A stretch of 64,000 bases of DNA, from positions 544,001-608,000 of the forward strand of contig CAVZVA010000011.1 in NCBI GenBank assembly GCA_963778655.1. The letters are read 5' to 3'. Both the position numbers and the translations under genes were made by a program. Under the pieces are notes generated by a model, which had not been told where the DNA came from, did not search any database, and was given only the letters and a program-made list of their open reading frames with translations. This document shows positions 28,128 to 38,071 of this stretch, one piece after another (the first letter of the stretch is position 1; every line of letters starts with the position of its first letter). This DNA is from an uncultured delta proteobacterium. Lineage in GTDB: Bacteria > Myxococcota_A > Polyangia > Polyangiales > JAFGIB01.

Positions 28128-29048
28128 TGAGCGTGATCGAGATCCGCGGCTTGTCCGTGCAAGCTGGGAATCGACACGTTCTGGGAGGCAACCGCCATGA
28201 CGATGAGCCTGCTGTCTGATCCTCGCCTGCACGAGCTGCTTGAACGAATTGATCGGGAACTGGCCCAAGAGGTCCAGAGCCAAGGCTGCCCTCAATGCGG
28301 TGGGCGGCTTCACGGTGCCGCGTACCCTCGGTTCGCTCGAGGAGTTCCAGCAAACATGCGAGGGGAGCCTCTGCGGCGGCTGAGTTTCTGCTGTGACCGG
28401 GAAGGCTGTCGTCGAAGGGCAACACCCGCGTCCGTGCGCTTCCTGGGCCGACGCACGTATCTGAGCGCCGTGGTCGTGCTGGTCAGCGCCATGCACCACG
28501 GGCTTACGGGGGACCGCTACGGCAAGCTCAGGGCGTTGCTGGGCGTGGGACGCCGGACGGTGCAACGCTGGCGCCGCTGGTGGCACGACACGTTCGCGAG
28601 GAGCTCATTCTGGCACATCGAGCGGGCCACCTTCATGCCACCTCCTCGCCACGAGGGGCTTCCTCGCGAGCTTCTGGAGAGCTTTCGCAGTGACGACGCG
28701 ATGACCCGGCTGGTAGCACTGCTGCGTTGCATTGCCCCCATCACCGTGCCGTCGGAGCACGATCTTCGAAGGCCCATCAGGTCCCGCAGAGGATGACTCT
28801 GATCACGTTGTTGGAGGGCAACGCCTCAACCCACGCGCCGCACTGACGCCGTTTCCGAAGACTTTACCTACGGGCTGGACCGGCGGTGCGTCCGGCCCGG
28901 GGGGCGGGGTGCGCCCTCGCGAACGGCCTCCAGCAAGCAGCCAGATCTCGACTCCGAAGGTCTGCCGTGCTTTCGATTTCCGCAATTTCCGAAATCGGTC
29001 CCTCGATTATCGTGACCAGCTGGCCCTCGATTTTCGTGATTGCGCTCA
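28128..29048 (+). mobile_element. Internally deleted IS remnant (accessory ORF + right end, no transposase)
   Basis: ORF 28197-28796 plus end ...CCCTCGATTATCGTGA-8 nt-CCCTCGATTTTCGTGA-TTGCGCTCA; left boundary tentative. Confidence 0.55.
28197..28796 (+). CDS. IS-associated Zn-finger/HTH accessory protein
   Basis: GCPQCGGRLH..YPR, LSFCC..GCRRRATPASVRFLGRR and RRTVQRWRRWW; family usually precedes DDE transposase + ExeA-like ATPase genes. Confidence 0.7.
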   Translation: MTMSLLSDPRLHELLERIDRELAQEVQSQGCPQCGGRLHGAAYPRFARGVPANMRGEPLRRLSFCCDREGCRRRATPASVRFLGRRTYLSAVVVLVSAMHHGLTGDRYGKLRALLGVGRRTVQRWRRWWHDTFARSSFWHIERATFMPPPRHEGLPRELLESFRSDDAMTRLVALLRCIAPITVPSEHDLRRPIRSRRG

Positions 29049-29202
29049 CGCGCTCGCGGCTTGCTCGACGGGCGGAACGAACGCTTCGGATGCCTCCGAT
29101 GGCGGACGATCCTCGGCGGCGAACGCGGGAGGCGACGACCTGGCTGCGTTCGTCGCGCTGGTGACGCTGACCAAGCTCGATCCTGTCCCGCACACTGGGC
29201 CA

Positions 29203-29526
29203 TCACGTTCTCCGAACATCCTTCAGCCGCTCCAAGGTGCTCTCGAGAGATCTCTTCAACTTGTCAGCCGCGCCATCTACCGCCTCGTCCAGGCTCGCAG
29301 CTTGGTGCGTGACGGCGGTGGGCTGGCGACCCTCGAGGCGAACCTCCATCATGCAGCGTTTGTCGTCTTGGCCGCTCTTGTCGCCGTTCTGGTCGCTAAG
29401 GTGGACTTCTACCCGTGTGATGTGATCGCTGAATCGGCTTAGGGCGCTCTCCACCACGCCCTTGACGTGCATGGCGAGCTCCTCGCGCCCTTCGATGTTG
29501 TGGTCTGTATTGATCTGGATGTGCAT
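29203..29526 (-). CDS. HPF/RaiA family ribosome-associated (hibernation) protein
   Basis: MHIQINTDHNI...ITRVEVHLSD...DKRCMMEVRLEGRQP; GAGGAG RBS. Confidence 0.92.
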   Translation of the reverse strand: MHIQINTDHNIEGREELAMHVKGVVESALSRFSDHITRVEVHLSDQNGDKSGQDDKRCMMEVRLEGRQPTAVTHQAASLDEAVDGAADKLKRSLESTLERLKDVRRT

Positions 29527-29554
29527 CCCGTTCTCCTCGGTGATCCGTGTCTAC

Positions 29555-30724
29555 TCAGTATCGATAGATCGCGGCCAGCCCCGTGCGCGATGGCATCCCC
29601 TCAGCGGGAACCACCAGCACCGTTCCGCCCTTCTTCGCGACCAGCTCGCCCAGGTCGTCGAGCAGGTCATCGTTTTGCGGGTCGCTCAGGTCGGCGAGCT
29701 CGACCCGACCTGTGGCGCTGTCGAGCCGGCCGCCGATCTGGCGATCGGCATCGATCAGCAGCGTCTCGACCCGGCCGGAGGTGGAGGCCTCTGCGACTTG
29801 CGACAGGTCGTCACTTCCGATGCTCTTGGAGCGGGCTTGCTCGAACTCTTCGCGTAGGGATGCCAGCCGCGCTTGATATCGAGGCTCGACGGCCTGCCAG
29901 GCGAGCGCGCGGAGCTCGTCGGCCGGCAGGGAATCGGGGTTGAATCTAACACCCTCGTCGAGGAGAAGGGGGTTCTGGCTGACCTGGTGAAAAAGGTGAT
30001 GGTGTTCCGGCAACGCCGCCAGGATCAGTGCAAGGCCAGAGGGCTTGGTGTAGTGCTCGAGAACCGCGCGATCGACGGCGCGGAAGAACCGCTCCGCGTC
30101 GACGTCTGCCTCGTCTGCCTTCCCGCCGTGGCCGTGGTGCATTCGGTTGCTTGCCCCGCCGACGCCTCCGTAGGAGGCGACGGTCTGGTGCGGTTCAGTC
30201 AGCTCCCCGCCCAGCGCGTCAGCGATTGTCCGCGGGACCCCTGGAACCAGATCGAGCTCATCAAGCGCGTGTCGGTTGCCCTCGAACAACCGAATCTTGT
30301 CGAGGCTCAGTCCGAGGACTTGGTAGCGATCGACCGACTGTAGGAAGCGCCGCAGAGGCTTGGTGTGGAAGCTGTCGGCAACCACGGCCAATTCGGCGAC
30401 CGACTGCGGAATCCTCAGGGCCCGAAAGATGCCGTGCCCGCCCAGAACGGCCAAGCCATCGAGGGTGTGGTTCCAGAACTCGGCTTCGTGTGCGAGGGCC
30501 TCGAAGGGTTGCAGCAACAGCTGCGTCTCCGCGCTCGGATACTTCTGGCGGAGCGATGCTTCCAGTTCTTTCACGAGGTTCCGAAACCGGATCGGATCCT
30601 GTTGGTTCTCTGGATGCCGCCGGTGAGTCGGCTGGTACAGCGAGAGACACGGCGGTTCGTGGTTGGACGAAAATCCGGCAAGCACTTCATTCGTAAGTCC
30701 GATCGTCGTGGGTCTTTTGATCAT
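29555..30724 (-). CDS. Bacterial aeRF1-like protein (baeRF3 family), no GGQ
   Basis: CLSLYQPTHR..PENQQDPIRFRNL, ADSFHTKPL, FFRAVD, GRVETLL and DDLLDDL...AAIYRY. Confidence 0.85.
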   Translation of the reverse strand: MIKRPTTIGLTNEVLAGFSSNHEPPCLSLYQPTHRRHPENQQDPIRFRNLVKELEASLRQKYPSAETQLLLQPFEALAHEAEFWNHTLDGLAVLGGHGIFRALRIPQSVAELAVVADSFHTKPLRRFLQSVDRYQVLGLSLDKIRLFEGNRHALDELDLVPGVPRTIADALGGELTEPHQTVASYGGVGGASNRMHHGHGGKADEADVDAERFFRAVDRAVLEHYTKPSGLALILAALPEHHHLFHQVSQNPLLLDEGVRFNPDSLPADELRALAWQAVEPRYQARLASLREEFEQARSKSIGSDDLSQVAEASTSGRVETLLIDADRQIGGRLDSATGRVELADLSDPQNDDLLDDLGELVAKKGGTVLVVPAEGMPSRTGLAAIYRY

Positions 30725-30735
30725 GAGTCTCTCCG

Positions 30736-30960
30736 TTACACGTGTGCACGCCGCAATCGGAGCGCATCCCCAATGACCGACACCGAGCTGAAGCGCGTCG
30801 CGGCTGCGGCGACCATAGGGGACAAAAGCAGTCCGAAGAACGGGTAGACAACCCCGCCGGCGGTCGGAACACCCGCCGCGTTGTAGAGGAACGCAAAGAA
30901 CAAATTCTGCTTGATGTTGCGCATCGTCCTTCGCGACAGATGGCGAGCGCGAACGTCCCT
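30736..30960 (-). pseudogene. copA: C-terminal remnant of a Cu(I) P1B-type ATPase
   Basis: [29 protein letters not shown]...[18 protein letters not shown]; the conserved Met of the MxxSS motif is lost. Confidence 0.85.
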
Positions 30961-31327
30961 TCTCTAGGGGTACGCACGAACCGAGCCGGCGCCACGCCCA
31001 TCGCTAAGAAAGGGCCGGCCGCATCAGCTGCGACGCCAGGTAGGCACGAGCGATCGCGGCATGGCCAATGGGCCACACCGGAGCGAAAGTGGTGCGCACG
31101 TTCGACGCGGATCTCTCCATCGATCTGACGCACGCGTGCCATCAATCTGATGGCCTGGCCGTTCGCCCTGGTCCGGTGATGCGCCCAGAGCGCCAAGAAC
31201 CGTCAGCACCAGGGCCACTGCTCACGTCGCTCTTCTCAGGCCTAAGACGAGCCATGCCCGGTCGGCCGAGCGCACGGCACACTATTTGCACCGCAGCCAT
31301 CTCGACTAGCAAGAAAGCGGGATATCG

Positions 31328-31414
31328 ATGATGGGCTCATGGGGGTTGTTGTGGATGGTCTTCATGCTTGTGCTTCTGGTGCCTTCGCTCGGCTACGGTT
31401 GGGGTACACCGTGA
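31328..31414 (+). pseudogene. Truncated small membrane protein
   Basis: MMGSWGLLWMVFMLVLLVPSLGYGWGTP*, abutting the PRC-barrel relic. Confidence 0.4.
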
Positions 31415-31610
31415 GCACCACCGATGGCGACATAGGAAGCGTGGCGAACTTCCTCCTGGCCGATGAGCACTGGACCATCCGGTATCTACTTGCCGAGACT
31501 CGTCGATGACGAGACCTGGTGAATACGCTATCTGGTGATCGACACGAGCAATTGGTGCTTTGGCAAGAAGGTTCTCGTTGCTCCCCACTGGGCAAGCCGC
31601 GTCCTCTAGC
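31415..31610 (+). pseudogene. Tandem PRC-barrel protein relic
   Basis: TDGDIGSVANFLLADEHWTIRYLLAET, then [29 protein letters not shown] with an internal stop. Confidence 0.7.
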
Positions 31611-31656
31611 TGGTCGCGCGGGATTGCCGTACATTCCGCCGCTTGTGCCTAATCTC

Positions 31657-32784
31657 ATGACGAAGCGTTCGAACACTGGCCTCCTGGGCCGTCTGTCTTT
31701 CCTGGATCGCTACTTGACCCTCTGGATCTTCGCCGCCATGGCGACGGGGATTGGACTTGGTTACGTGGCTCCGGGTGTGGTGAACGCGCTCGATAAGCTG
31801 AGCGTCGGCACGACGAGCATCCCCATCGCCATCGGGCTCATTTTGATGATGTACCCGCCGCTCGCCAAGGTGCGCTATGAGGACTTGGGACAGGTGTTTC
31901 GCAACAAGCGGGTGCTTGCGCTGTCGCTGGTACAGAACTGGATCGTCGGGCCCGTGCTCATGTTCGGCCTGGCCATTTTGTTCTTGCGAGACAAACCCGA
32001 GTACATGCTCGGCCTCATCCTCATCGGCCTCGCGCGCTGCATCGCCATGGTCATCGTGTGGAACGACCTGGCCAAGGGGGACCGCGAGTATTGCGCGGGC
32101 CTGGTCGCGTTCAACTCCATCTTTCAGGTGCTCTTCTTCTCGGTGTATGCGTATTTCTTTGCCACGCTCTTGCCACGTTGGCTGGGCCTCGAAGGCGCGG
32201 TGGTCGACATCACCGTCGGCGAGATTGCGCAGAGCGTTGCCATCTACCTCGGCATCCCCTTTGCAGCGGGCTTCTTCACGCGGCGATGGTTGGTCGGCGC
32301 GAAAGGCCGCGACTGGTACGAGACGAAATTCGCCCCGCGTATTGGGCCGATCACATTGGTCTCGTTGCTGTTTACCATCGTGGTGATGTTCTCTCTCAAG
32401 GGCGAAGCCATTGTCGAGCTGCCACTCGACGTGCTGCGCATTGCGATGCCGCTGCTGGTCTATTTCGTGGTGATGTTCATGCTCTCGTTCTTCATGAGCA
32501 AACGGGTTGGAGCCAACTACGCGCAGTCCGCAACGCTGTCGTTTACCGCGGCCTCGAACAACTTCGAGCTCGCCATCGCCGTCGCCATCGCAAGTTTTGG
32601 CATTCACAGCGGCGCCGCTTTTGCCGCGGTCATCGGCCCGCTTGTCGAAGTTCCCGCGCTTATCGGATTGGTCAATGTCGCGCTGTGGTTGGGCAAAAAG
32701 TACTATCCGAACGATTTCGCGACAGGATCGTTCCCGGAGAACATGAGCGGGCGCGACGACGTGGGCGCGAGTCGGTCGCGCTAA
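31657..32784 (+). CDS. acr3: ACR3 family arsenite efflux transporter
   Basis: [35 protein letters not shown] and GPLVEVP. Confidence 0.96.
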   Translation: MTKRSNTGLLGRLSFLDRYLTLWIFAAMATGIGLGYVAPGVVNALDKLSVGTTSIPIAIGLILMMYPPLAKVRYEDLGQVFRNKRVLALSLVQNWIVGPVLMFGLAILFLRDKPEYMLGLILIGLARCIAMVIVWNDLAKGDREYCAGLVAFNSIFQVLFFSVYAYFFATLLPRWLGLEGAVVDITVGEIAQSVAIYLGIPFAAGFFTRRWLVGAKGRDWYETKFAPRIGPITLVSLLFTIVVMFSLKGEAIVELPLDVLRIAMPLLVYFVVMFMLSFFMSKRVGANYAQSATLSFTAASNNFELAIAVAIASFGIHSGAAFAAVIGPLVEVPALIGLVNVALWLGKKYYPNDFATGSFPENMSGRDDVGASRSR

Positions 32785-33162
32785 TCGGCGGTGCCAAAGG
32801 CCCGCGGAGCGGAAATGCGGCGATCAGGGCGCGGCCAGATCTCGGATTGCGGACTCGTGAGGCCGCAGCATGGCCTTCGACGCCGGCTTGTGGTCGGGCG
32901 GACTAAGCGGTGCCGAGCCGCAGCTGCGGTTTGACGAACGTGGGCGCTGTGACGAACAGCCGGTAGCTTGGCTCGCAGCTGGCAGCTGCCGTATCGGCGG
33001 ACGAGGCTTCGGGCGAGCTGCCGGCTGCAAGGCAAGCGCGCGCGGGTGATGCGGAAGACCATCGGACCGCACCAAGCGCGCCAATAGTCGCCAATGAACC
33101 ACCAAGGACCCGCGACCGCGGCGCGTGGTACCAACGTCCTACGTTTCGAACGGAGTAGGACC

Positions 33163-34359
33163 ATGCAAACGGCTCTGATGACGATGTCGATGCGGGCGGC
33201 TCAGATCAAAGGGCCGAGCGCATTGCGGATGGCACTCGGTGTACTCGCCTGCTGCGCCTGCAACAACGCACCCGCCGGTGCATCGGACAGCACGTCGAAT
33301 CAGGCCACGACTAACCAGCCCGCGACTGGAGCCGGCGCGTCCGGGTCGGACGGCATGTCGGGCTTGGGAAGCGGCGGCGCGAACGCCATGGGTGCGGCCG
33401 CGAATCCGGGCAATTCGGCCGCAACAGGAAGCGGCGGGACGGCCTCGGCGTCAGCGGGCGCGCCGGCGCCCAACGGGAACGGCGGAGCGGGCAATGGCAG
33501 TGGCGGTATGCCGGGAGCAGGCGGCACAAACGCGGGGGAAGATGGAGGGGCGACCGCGCCAACTCAGTCGATACCCACGCCCGTGACGGCACCGTACGTG
33601 TGGGGCGTAGGGATCGGCGTCACCGACGTGCCAGCTGCCGTGAAGTTCTATACCGAAGTCATGAAGATGACCGTAGAGCAGCAAGACGTCAGGCGCGAAG
33701 ATCGAACCGAGACGGTATTGGTCGCTTCCGAAGCGAAGCGCGGGTCGCGGGTCGTGCTGATGAGCTTCGACGACAAACGTAATACTCGGAACATCACAGC
33801 CAAGCTCGTATGGCAAGCTCCGGATCCGACCGGAGTCTCTCTGGCGGCTGCTAATTATCCCGACTATGTGAGCCGTTTGGCAGGTCTCATCGTTCAGTTC
33901 GATGGTCCTGAAACCTATATTCAAGAGGTCGGAAACGCATTCGATTCTGGAGGCGCGAATATTACCGTGCCCTATTTGATCGCCCTGGGCATGAGCGTAA
34001 GCGATCAAGCGGCATCGATAGACTTCTACGACACGGCCTTTGGAATGACAGGCTCGCCTACGGGGACGTTTCCGCTAACGGATGCAACCGGCGCGGCGAC
34101 TGTCACGGAGTACACGGTGCAGTATTCAACGCAGGGCGGGTCAGCCATCGTTCTTCAGTCTTGGACACCGCCACGCAACTCCAAAGACAACCCGATCAAG
34201 ATCGTCCTGTTCGTCCCGGACGCACAAGCAGCCGCTGACAAGGTCGTTGCGGCGGGCGGCACGATCGTCAGGCCGGCCGAGCGCACCCCGGTCTACGAAA
34301 ACAGAAAGCTCATCGTGGCCAAAGATCTCGACGGGTACCAACTCGAGCTCGTGGAGTAG
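33163..34359 (+). CDS. Lipoprotein with Gly/Ala linker and tandem VOC (glyoxalase-like) domains
   Basis: GIGVTDVPAAVKFYTEV, MSVSDQAASIDFY, VVAAGG and KDLDGYQLELVE; Cys-containing signal. Confidence 0.8.
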   Translation: MQTALMTMSMRAAQIKGPSALRMALGVLACCACNNAPAGASDSTSNQATTNQPATGAGASGSDGMSGLGSGGANAMGAAANPGNSAATGSGGTASASAGAPAPNGNGGAGNGSGGMPGAGGTNAGEDGGATAPTQSIPTPVTAPYVWGVGIGVTDVPAAVKFYTEVMKMTVEQQDVRREDRTETVLVASEAKRGSRVVLMSFDDKRNTRNITAKLVWQAPDPTGVSLAAANYPDYVSRLAGLIVQFDGPETYIQEVGNAFDSGGANITVPYLIALGMSVSDQAASIDFYDTAFGMTGSPTGTFPLTDATGAATVTEYTVQYSTQGGSAIVLQSWTPPRNSKDNPIKIVLFVPDAQAAADKVVAAGGTIVRPAERTPVYENRKLIVAKDLDGYQLELVE

Positions 34360-34360
34360 G

Positions 34361-34600
34361 ACCGTCGCGCTGCGGGTCACGCGCCGCCACCTGGTTCTGG
34401 CCAGCGCGTTCTCGGGCTTCTCCACCGTGATGCCGTGGGTGCGCGACAGCTTCCAGGGCTCGCGCTTCGACCACGGCTACCACGAGCTGTACCCCAGCTT
34501 CCGCCGACTCGACTCGGGCAAGGCGGTGGTCCGCGCCCACAAAAGCCCGCCGGCCCGCGCGCACGTTCCGCCGGAAGCGGAGTCGACGGCAGCCGCATAG
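34361..34600 (+). pseudogene. Startless 3' gene fragment
   Basis: Host-like GC3 frame HLVLASAFSGFSTVMPWVRDSFQGSRFDHGYHELYPSF... begins right after the VOC stop. Confidence 0.35.
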
Positions 34601-34616
34601 CGCGTCGCCCGCGGCT

Positions 34617-36038
34617 TCAGCGCGTCGCCGCGGCGGGGCTGCGCGCGTACAGGTACCAGCCGATCCCGGCCAGCAGCGAGCAGGGCAGCGCGAGCTGCTG
34701 ATCGTAACGAACGCCGCGCACCAGCACCGAGCGCGCCGGGACGTCCAGCTGCCCCGCGACGCGGTGCAACACCAGCCACTCGCTGCCGGCCGGCGGCAGC
34801 GTGCGGGCGCCGAGGTACACGACGCGAAAACCCTGGGGTTGCAGGCGCGCGTAGTGCGCGATCAGCACGCGGTTGCGGAAGTCGTGGTCCGAGGTGACCG
34901 TGATCGGCCCGGGCGGGCTGTGCGCCACGATGAAGTCGAGCGCCTCGCGGTAGCGGCCGCGGCCGAGCCGGATCAGATCGAGGTCGCCCAGCAGATTCAA
35001 GCTCACGGCGATCGCGAGCAAGGCGGCGGCGGCGAGCCTGGGCGCGCCACCTCGCTGCAGCCACGCGCCGGCGGCCGTGCCCAGCAGCAGCAGCAGAAAG
35101 GTCGCGCTGACCAGCAGATAGCGGGGCGCGGCGTGCTTGATGTGCATCGCCACCAGCGCGAGCACGGGCAGCAGCAGCGCCGCGGCGAACAGCACCGCGC
35201 GCGGGTCGCGGGCGCGCCACAGCCGGTAGAGCGCGAGCGCGCCGGCCGCCGCGCACACCGCCGCCGCCAGCCCGCGGCCCGAGGCGTCCGCGACGCCCAG
35301 GGTCCAGGCCGCGGTGGTCGCCAGGGTGGCGCCGAGTCCGGCTTCGGCGCCGCCTCCGACGTGCATCACTCGAGCGAACAGCAGGTAATGGGCGCCGAGA
35401 CACAGCACGGGCACCGCGTGCAGCCAGAGCGCCTCGCGCAGCAAGCGGCCAGGCGAGCTGGACCGCATGCGCGCAGCCAGCCAGTAGCAGGCGATCGCGG
35501 CGTAGGCGGTCGCGGCCGACAGGTGCGCGAGCACGGCCAGCACGGTGCAGAGCCAGAACGCGGCGGCCAGGCCGACCCCGCGCGGGCCGACCAGCCAGCG
35601 CTCGAGGATCAGCAGCGAGCACAGCGCAAAGAAGATCGAAAGCGCGTAGCCGCGCGCCTCGGAGGAGCGCGCCACCAGCGTCATCGAGCTCGCGAACAAC
35701 AGCAGCGTGCAGAGCCGAGCCGCACGACTGCTGCGCGGCGCCAGGGCAGCCGCGACCGCGACCGTGCCCACGCCCGAGAGCACGCTGGGCAGGCGGTACC
35801 AGAAGTCGGGCCGCTGCTGCCCGACCCAAACCATGAACAGCGTGTTGAGCAGGTGGTTGTTGTCGTGCTTGACCGCGTAGACGCCGCGCATGCCCGTCAG
35901 GCGCGAGGCGATGTCCAGCGACCAGATCTCGTCGAGCCACAGGTCGCAGCGGGCAGCCAGCAGCCGGAGGGCGGCGCCGGCAACCAAGATCAGGCCGACG
36001 CCGAGCGGCCAGCTGGCGCGGTGCAGCGACGCGGCCAT
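34617..36038 (-). CDS. GT-C fold membrane glycosyltransferase (GT39/PMT-like)
   Basis: LWLDEIWS, DNNHLLN, RLPSVLSG, SEARGY and PRY; multi-TM. Confidence 0.85.
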   Translation of the reverse strand: MAASLHRASWPLGVGLILVAGAALRLLAARCDLWLDEIWSLDIASRLTGMRGVYAVKHDNNHLLNTLFMVWVGQQRPDFWYRLPSVLSGVGTVAVAAALAPRSSRAARLCTLLLFASSMTLVARSSEARGYALSIFFALCSLLILERWLVGPRGVGLAAAFWLCTVLAVLAHLSAATAYAAIACYWLAARMRSSSPGRLLREALWLHAVPVLCLGAHYLLFARVMHVGGGAEAGLGATLATTAAWTLGVADASGRGLAAAVCAAAGALALYRLWRARDPRAVLFAAALLLPVLALVAMHIKHAAPRYLLVSATFLLLLLGTAAGAWLQRGGAPRLAAAALLAIAVSLNLLGDLDLIRLGRGRYREALDFIVAHSPPGPITVTSDHDFRNRVLIAHYARLQPQGFRVVYLGARTLPPAGSEWLVLHRVAGQLDVPARSVLVRGVRYDQQLALPCSLLAGIGWYLYARSPAAATR

Positions 36039-36199
36039 GCCGGATCTCGCCGTGACCGGCCGTTCGAGCACACGTAAGCATCTACGTGGCCACAGCTGGG
36101 GTCAAGCTCACGGGGCGGGCAGCTCGCGCGCACACATGTCGGCAGCGCCGCCTTGCCGCAACGGTGACGGCCGCGAGCGCGCTGCGGTATCCTGCGTCC

Positions 36200-37393
36200 G
36201 TGAAGCTGACGATCGTGATCCCGGTGCTCGACGAGGAAGCCTCGGTCGCGCGCGTGGCGCAGGACTGCCTGGCGGCGCGCGCGGAGATCGTCTCGGCCAC
36301 GTCGGTCGAGCAGGTGTTCGTGGTGGTCGTCTCCGACGGTTCGACCGACCGCAGCGCCGAGATCGCGCGCTCGATCGAGGGCGTGACCACGATCGAGCTC
36401 GAGCGCAACCAGGGCTACGGCGCAGCGATCCAGCGCGGCTGGCGCGAGCACGACGCGGAGCTGCTCGGCTTTCTGGACGGCGACGGCACCTGCAGCGCGC
36501 GCTTCTTCGTCGAGCTGATCCGCGCGCTCGAGCACGAGGACGCGGAGATCGCGCTCGGCAGCCGCCTCGGCACCGGCAGCAAGATGCCGAAGCTGCGCCG
36601 CGTCGGCAACGTCTTCTTCGCGGCACTGCTCGGGCTGCTGTCGCGGCAGCGCGTCACCGACAGCGCGAGCGGCATGCGGGTGGTCCGAAGGCGCGCGCTG
36701 CTCCGGCTCCTCCCCCTGCCCAGGGGCCTGCAGTTCACGCCCGCGATGAGCGCGCGCGCGCTGCTGGCCGGCGTCAAGCTGGTCGAGGTCCCGATGCCGT
36801 ACGCCGAGCGCGAAGGGCAGTCCAAGCTCAGCGTGTTCCGCGACGGACTGCGTTTCCTCTCGGTGATCGTGTCCGCCGCCGCGCTGATCCGCCCCTCGCG
36901 CCTGACCTTACCGATCGTGCTCGGGCTGCTCCTGGCGTCGCTCGCGGTCGGCTTCATGCCACTTCGCTACTACCTCGCACACGGCGCCCTCGAGGAATGG
37001 ATGGTGTACCGCTTCCTGCTGGTCTCGCTGCTGGCGGACGCCGGCGTCGCGCTGTTTTGCGCCACGCTCGTGGTCGAGCACATGCTGGCGCTGGCCATGA
37101 TGACGTATTCCGACTACGCGCGGCGGGTCCCGTGGTGGTGGAGCGAGCGCGGGCTGCGGCTCTACATCGGTGCGGCGCTGGTGGGCTTCGCAATCGGCTG
37201 CTGGCTGATCGAGCCCGGCATCGTCAGCTACCTGACCACCGGCACGATCAGCTTCAAGACCATGCACTGGTCACGCGTGATCGTGGGAGCGTTTTCCGGC
37301 ATGACCCTGCTGCAGCTGCTGACAGCGCTCGCGATCGTGCGTCTGCTCGACGCGACCGACCTGCGCCAGGCGCTGCTGCTGGCTGCCGAGTGA
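36200..37393 (+). CDS. GT2 polyprenol-phosphate glycosyltransferase (DPM1-like) with C-terminal TMs
   Basis: IVIPVLDEE, SDGSTD, NQGYGAA, LDGDG, TDSASGMR and YAEREGQSKL. Confidence 0.92.
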   Translation: MKLTIVIPVLDEEASVARVAQDCLAARAEIVSATSVEQVFVVVVSDGSTDRSAEIARSIEGVTTIELERNQGYGAAIQRGWREHDAELLGFLDGDGTCSARFFVELIRALEHEDAEIALGSRLGTGSKMPKLRRVGNVFFAALLGLLSRQRVTDSASGMRVVRRRALLRLLPLPRGLQFTPAMSARALLAGVKLVEVPMPYAEREGQSKLSVFRDGLRFLSVIVSAAALIRPSRLTLPIVLGLLLASLAVGFMPLRYYLAHGALEEWMVYRFLLVSLLADAGVALFCATLVVEHMLALAMMTYSDYARRVPWWWSERGLRLYIGAALVGFAIGCWLIEPGIVSYLTTGTISFKTMHWSRVIVGAFSGMTLLQLLTALAIVRLLDATDLRQALLLAAE

Positions 37394-37396
37394 GCC

Positions 37397-38071
37397 ATGC
37401 AGAGCTGGGACCCGCAGGGCTATGACCGGCAGCTCGCCCAGGGCGTCGCGCTCTCGGGTGAAGATGCGGACTACTTCGCGGCCGGCCGGGTCGCGGCGGT
37501 CAAGCGCCGGCTGGGCGACGCGGCGCCGCAGGTGTCCGCGATCTGCGAATTCGGCTGCGGTCTCGGGCGCAACCTGCGCCACCTCGGCGAGGCCTTTCCG
37601 CGCGCGCGCCTGGTCGGGCTGGACAGCAGCGCGGAGATGGTCGGCCAGGCGCGCCGCGCCGGCGTGGGAACGCGCGCCGTGTTCGAGCCCAGCGCGGAGT
37701 TTCGTGACACGGAGTGCTTCGACCTGGTGTTCATCAACGGAGTCATGCATCACGTGCCGCGCCCCGAGCGCGAGGCGGTGCTGCGCCGAGTGCACGCGCT
37801 GCTGCGCCCGGGCGGGCTGCTCGCGCTCTTCGACAACAACCCGCTGAACCCGGGCGCGATGTGGGTCATGAAGCGCATCCCCTTCGACCGCGACGCCGAG
37901 CCGGTGCTGGCCTGGACGCTGGCGCGTGTGGCGCGGCGGGCGGCCTTCCACGTGATCGGCATGGAAACGCACTTCTACTTTCCGCGCCTCCTGAGCCGGC
38001 TGCGGGTGCTCGAGCCGGGGCTCTCGTGGTTGCCGCTCGGCGCCCAGTACGTGCTCTATGCAAGGCGCTAG
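37397..38071 (+). CDS. Class I SAM-dependent methyltransferase
   Basis: EFGCGLG, GLDSS, FDLV..GVMHHV, LRPGG and NPLNP. Confidence 0.9.
   Translation: MQSWDPQGYDRQLAQGVALSGEDADYFAAGRVAAVKRRLGDAAPQVSAICEFGCGLGRNLRHLGEAFPRARLVGLDSSAEMVGQARRAGVGTRAVFEPSAEFRDTECFDLVFINGVMHHVPRPEREAVLRRVHALLRPGGLLALFDNNPLNPGAMWVMKRIPFDRDAEPVLAWTLARVARRAAFHVIGMETHFYFPRLLSRLRVLEPGLSWLPLGAQYVLYARR

Larger units (their letters stand above)
26623..34360. mobile_element. Decayed tRNA-Ala-anchored genomic island (no integrase in window)
   Basis: Starts at tRNA 3' end with att-like motifs; more A/T-ending codons than flanks; many gene fragments and an IS remnant; right boundary approximate. Confidence 0.6.

Noticed and set aside
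31020..31220. Possible histidine-kinase fragment (RQIDGEIRVE)
   Set aside because: Too short to distinguish from chance
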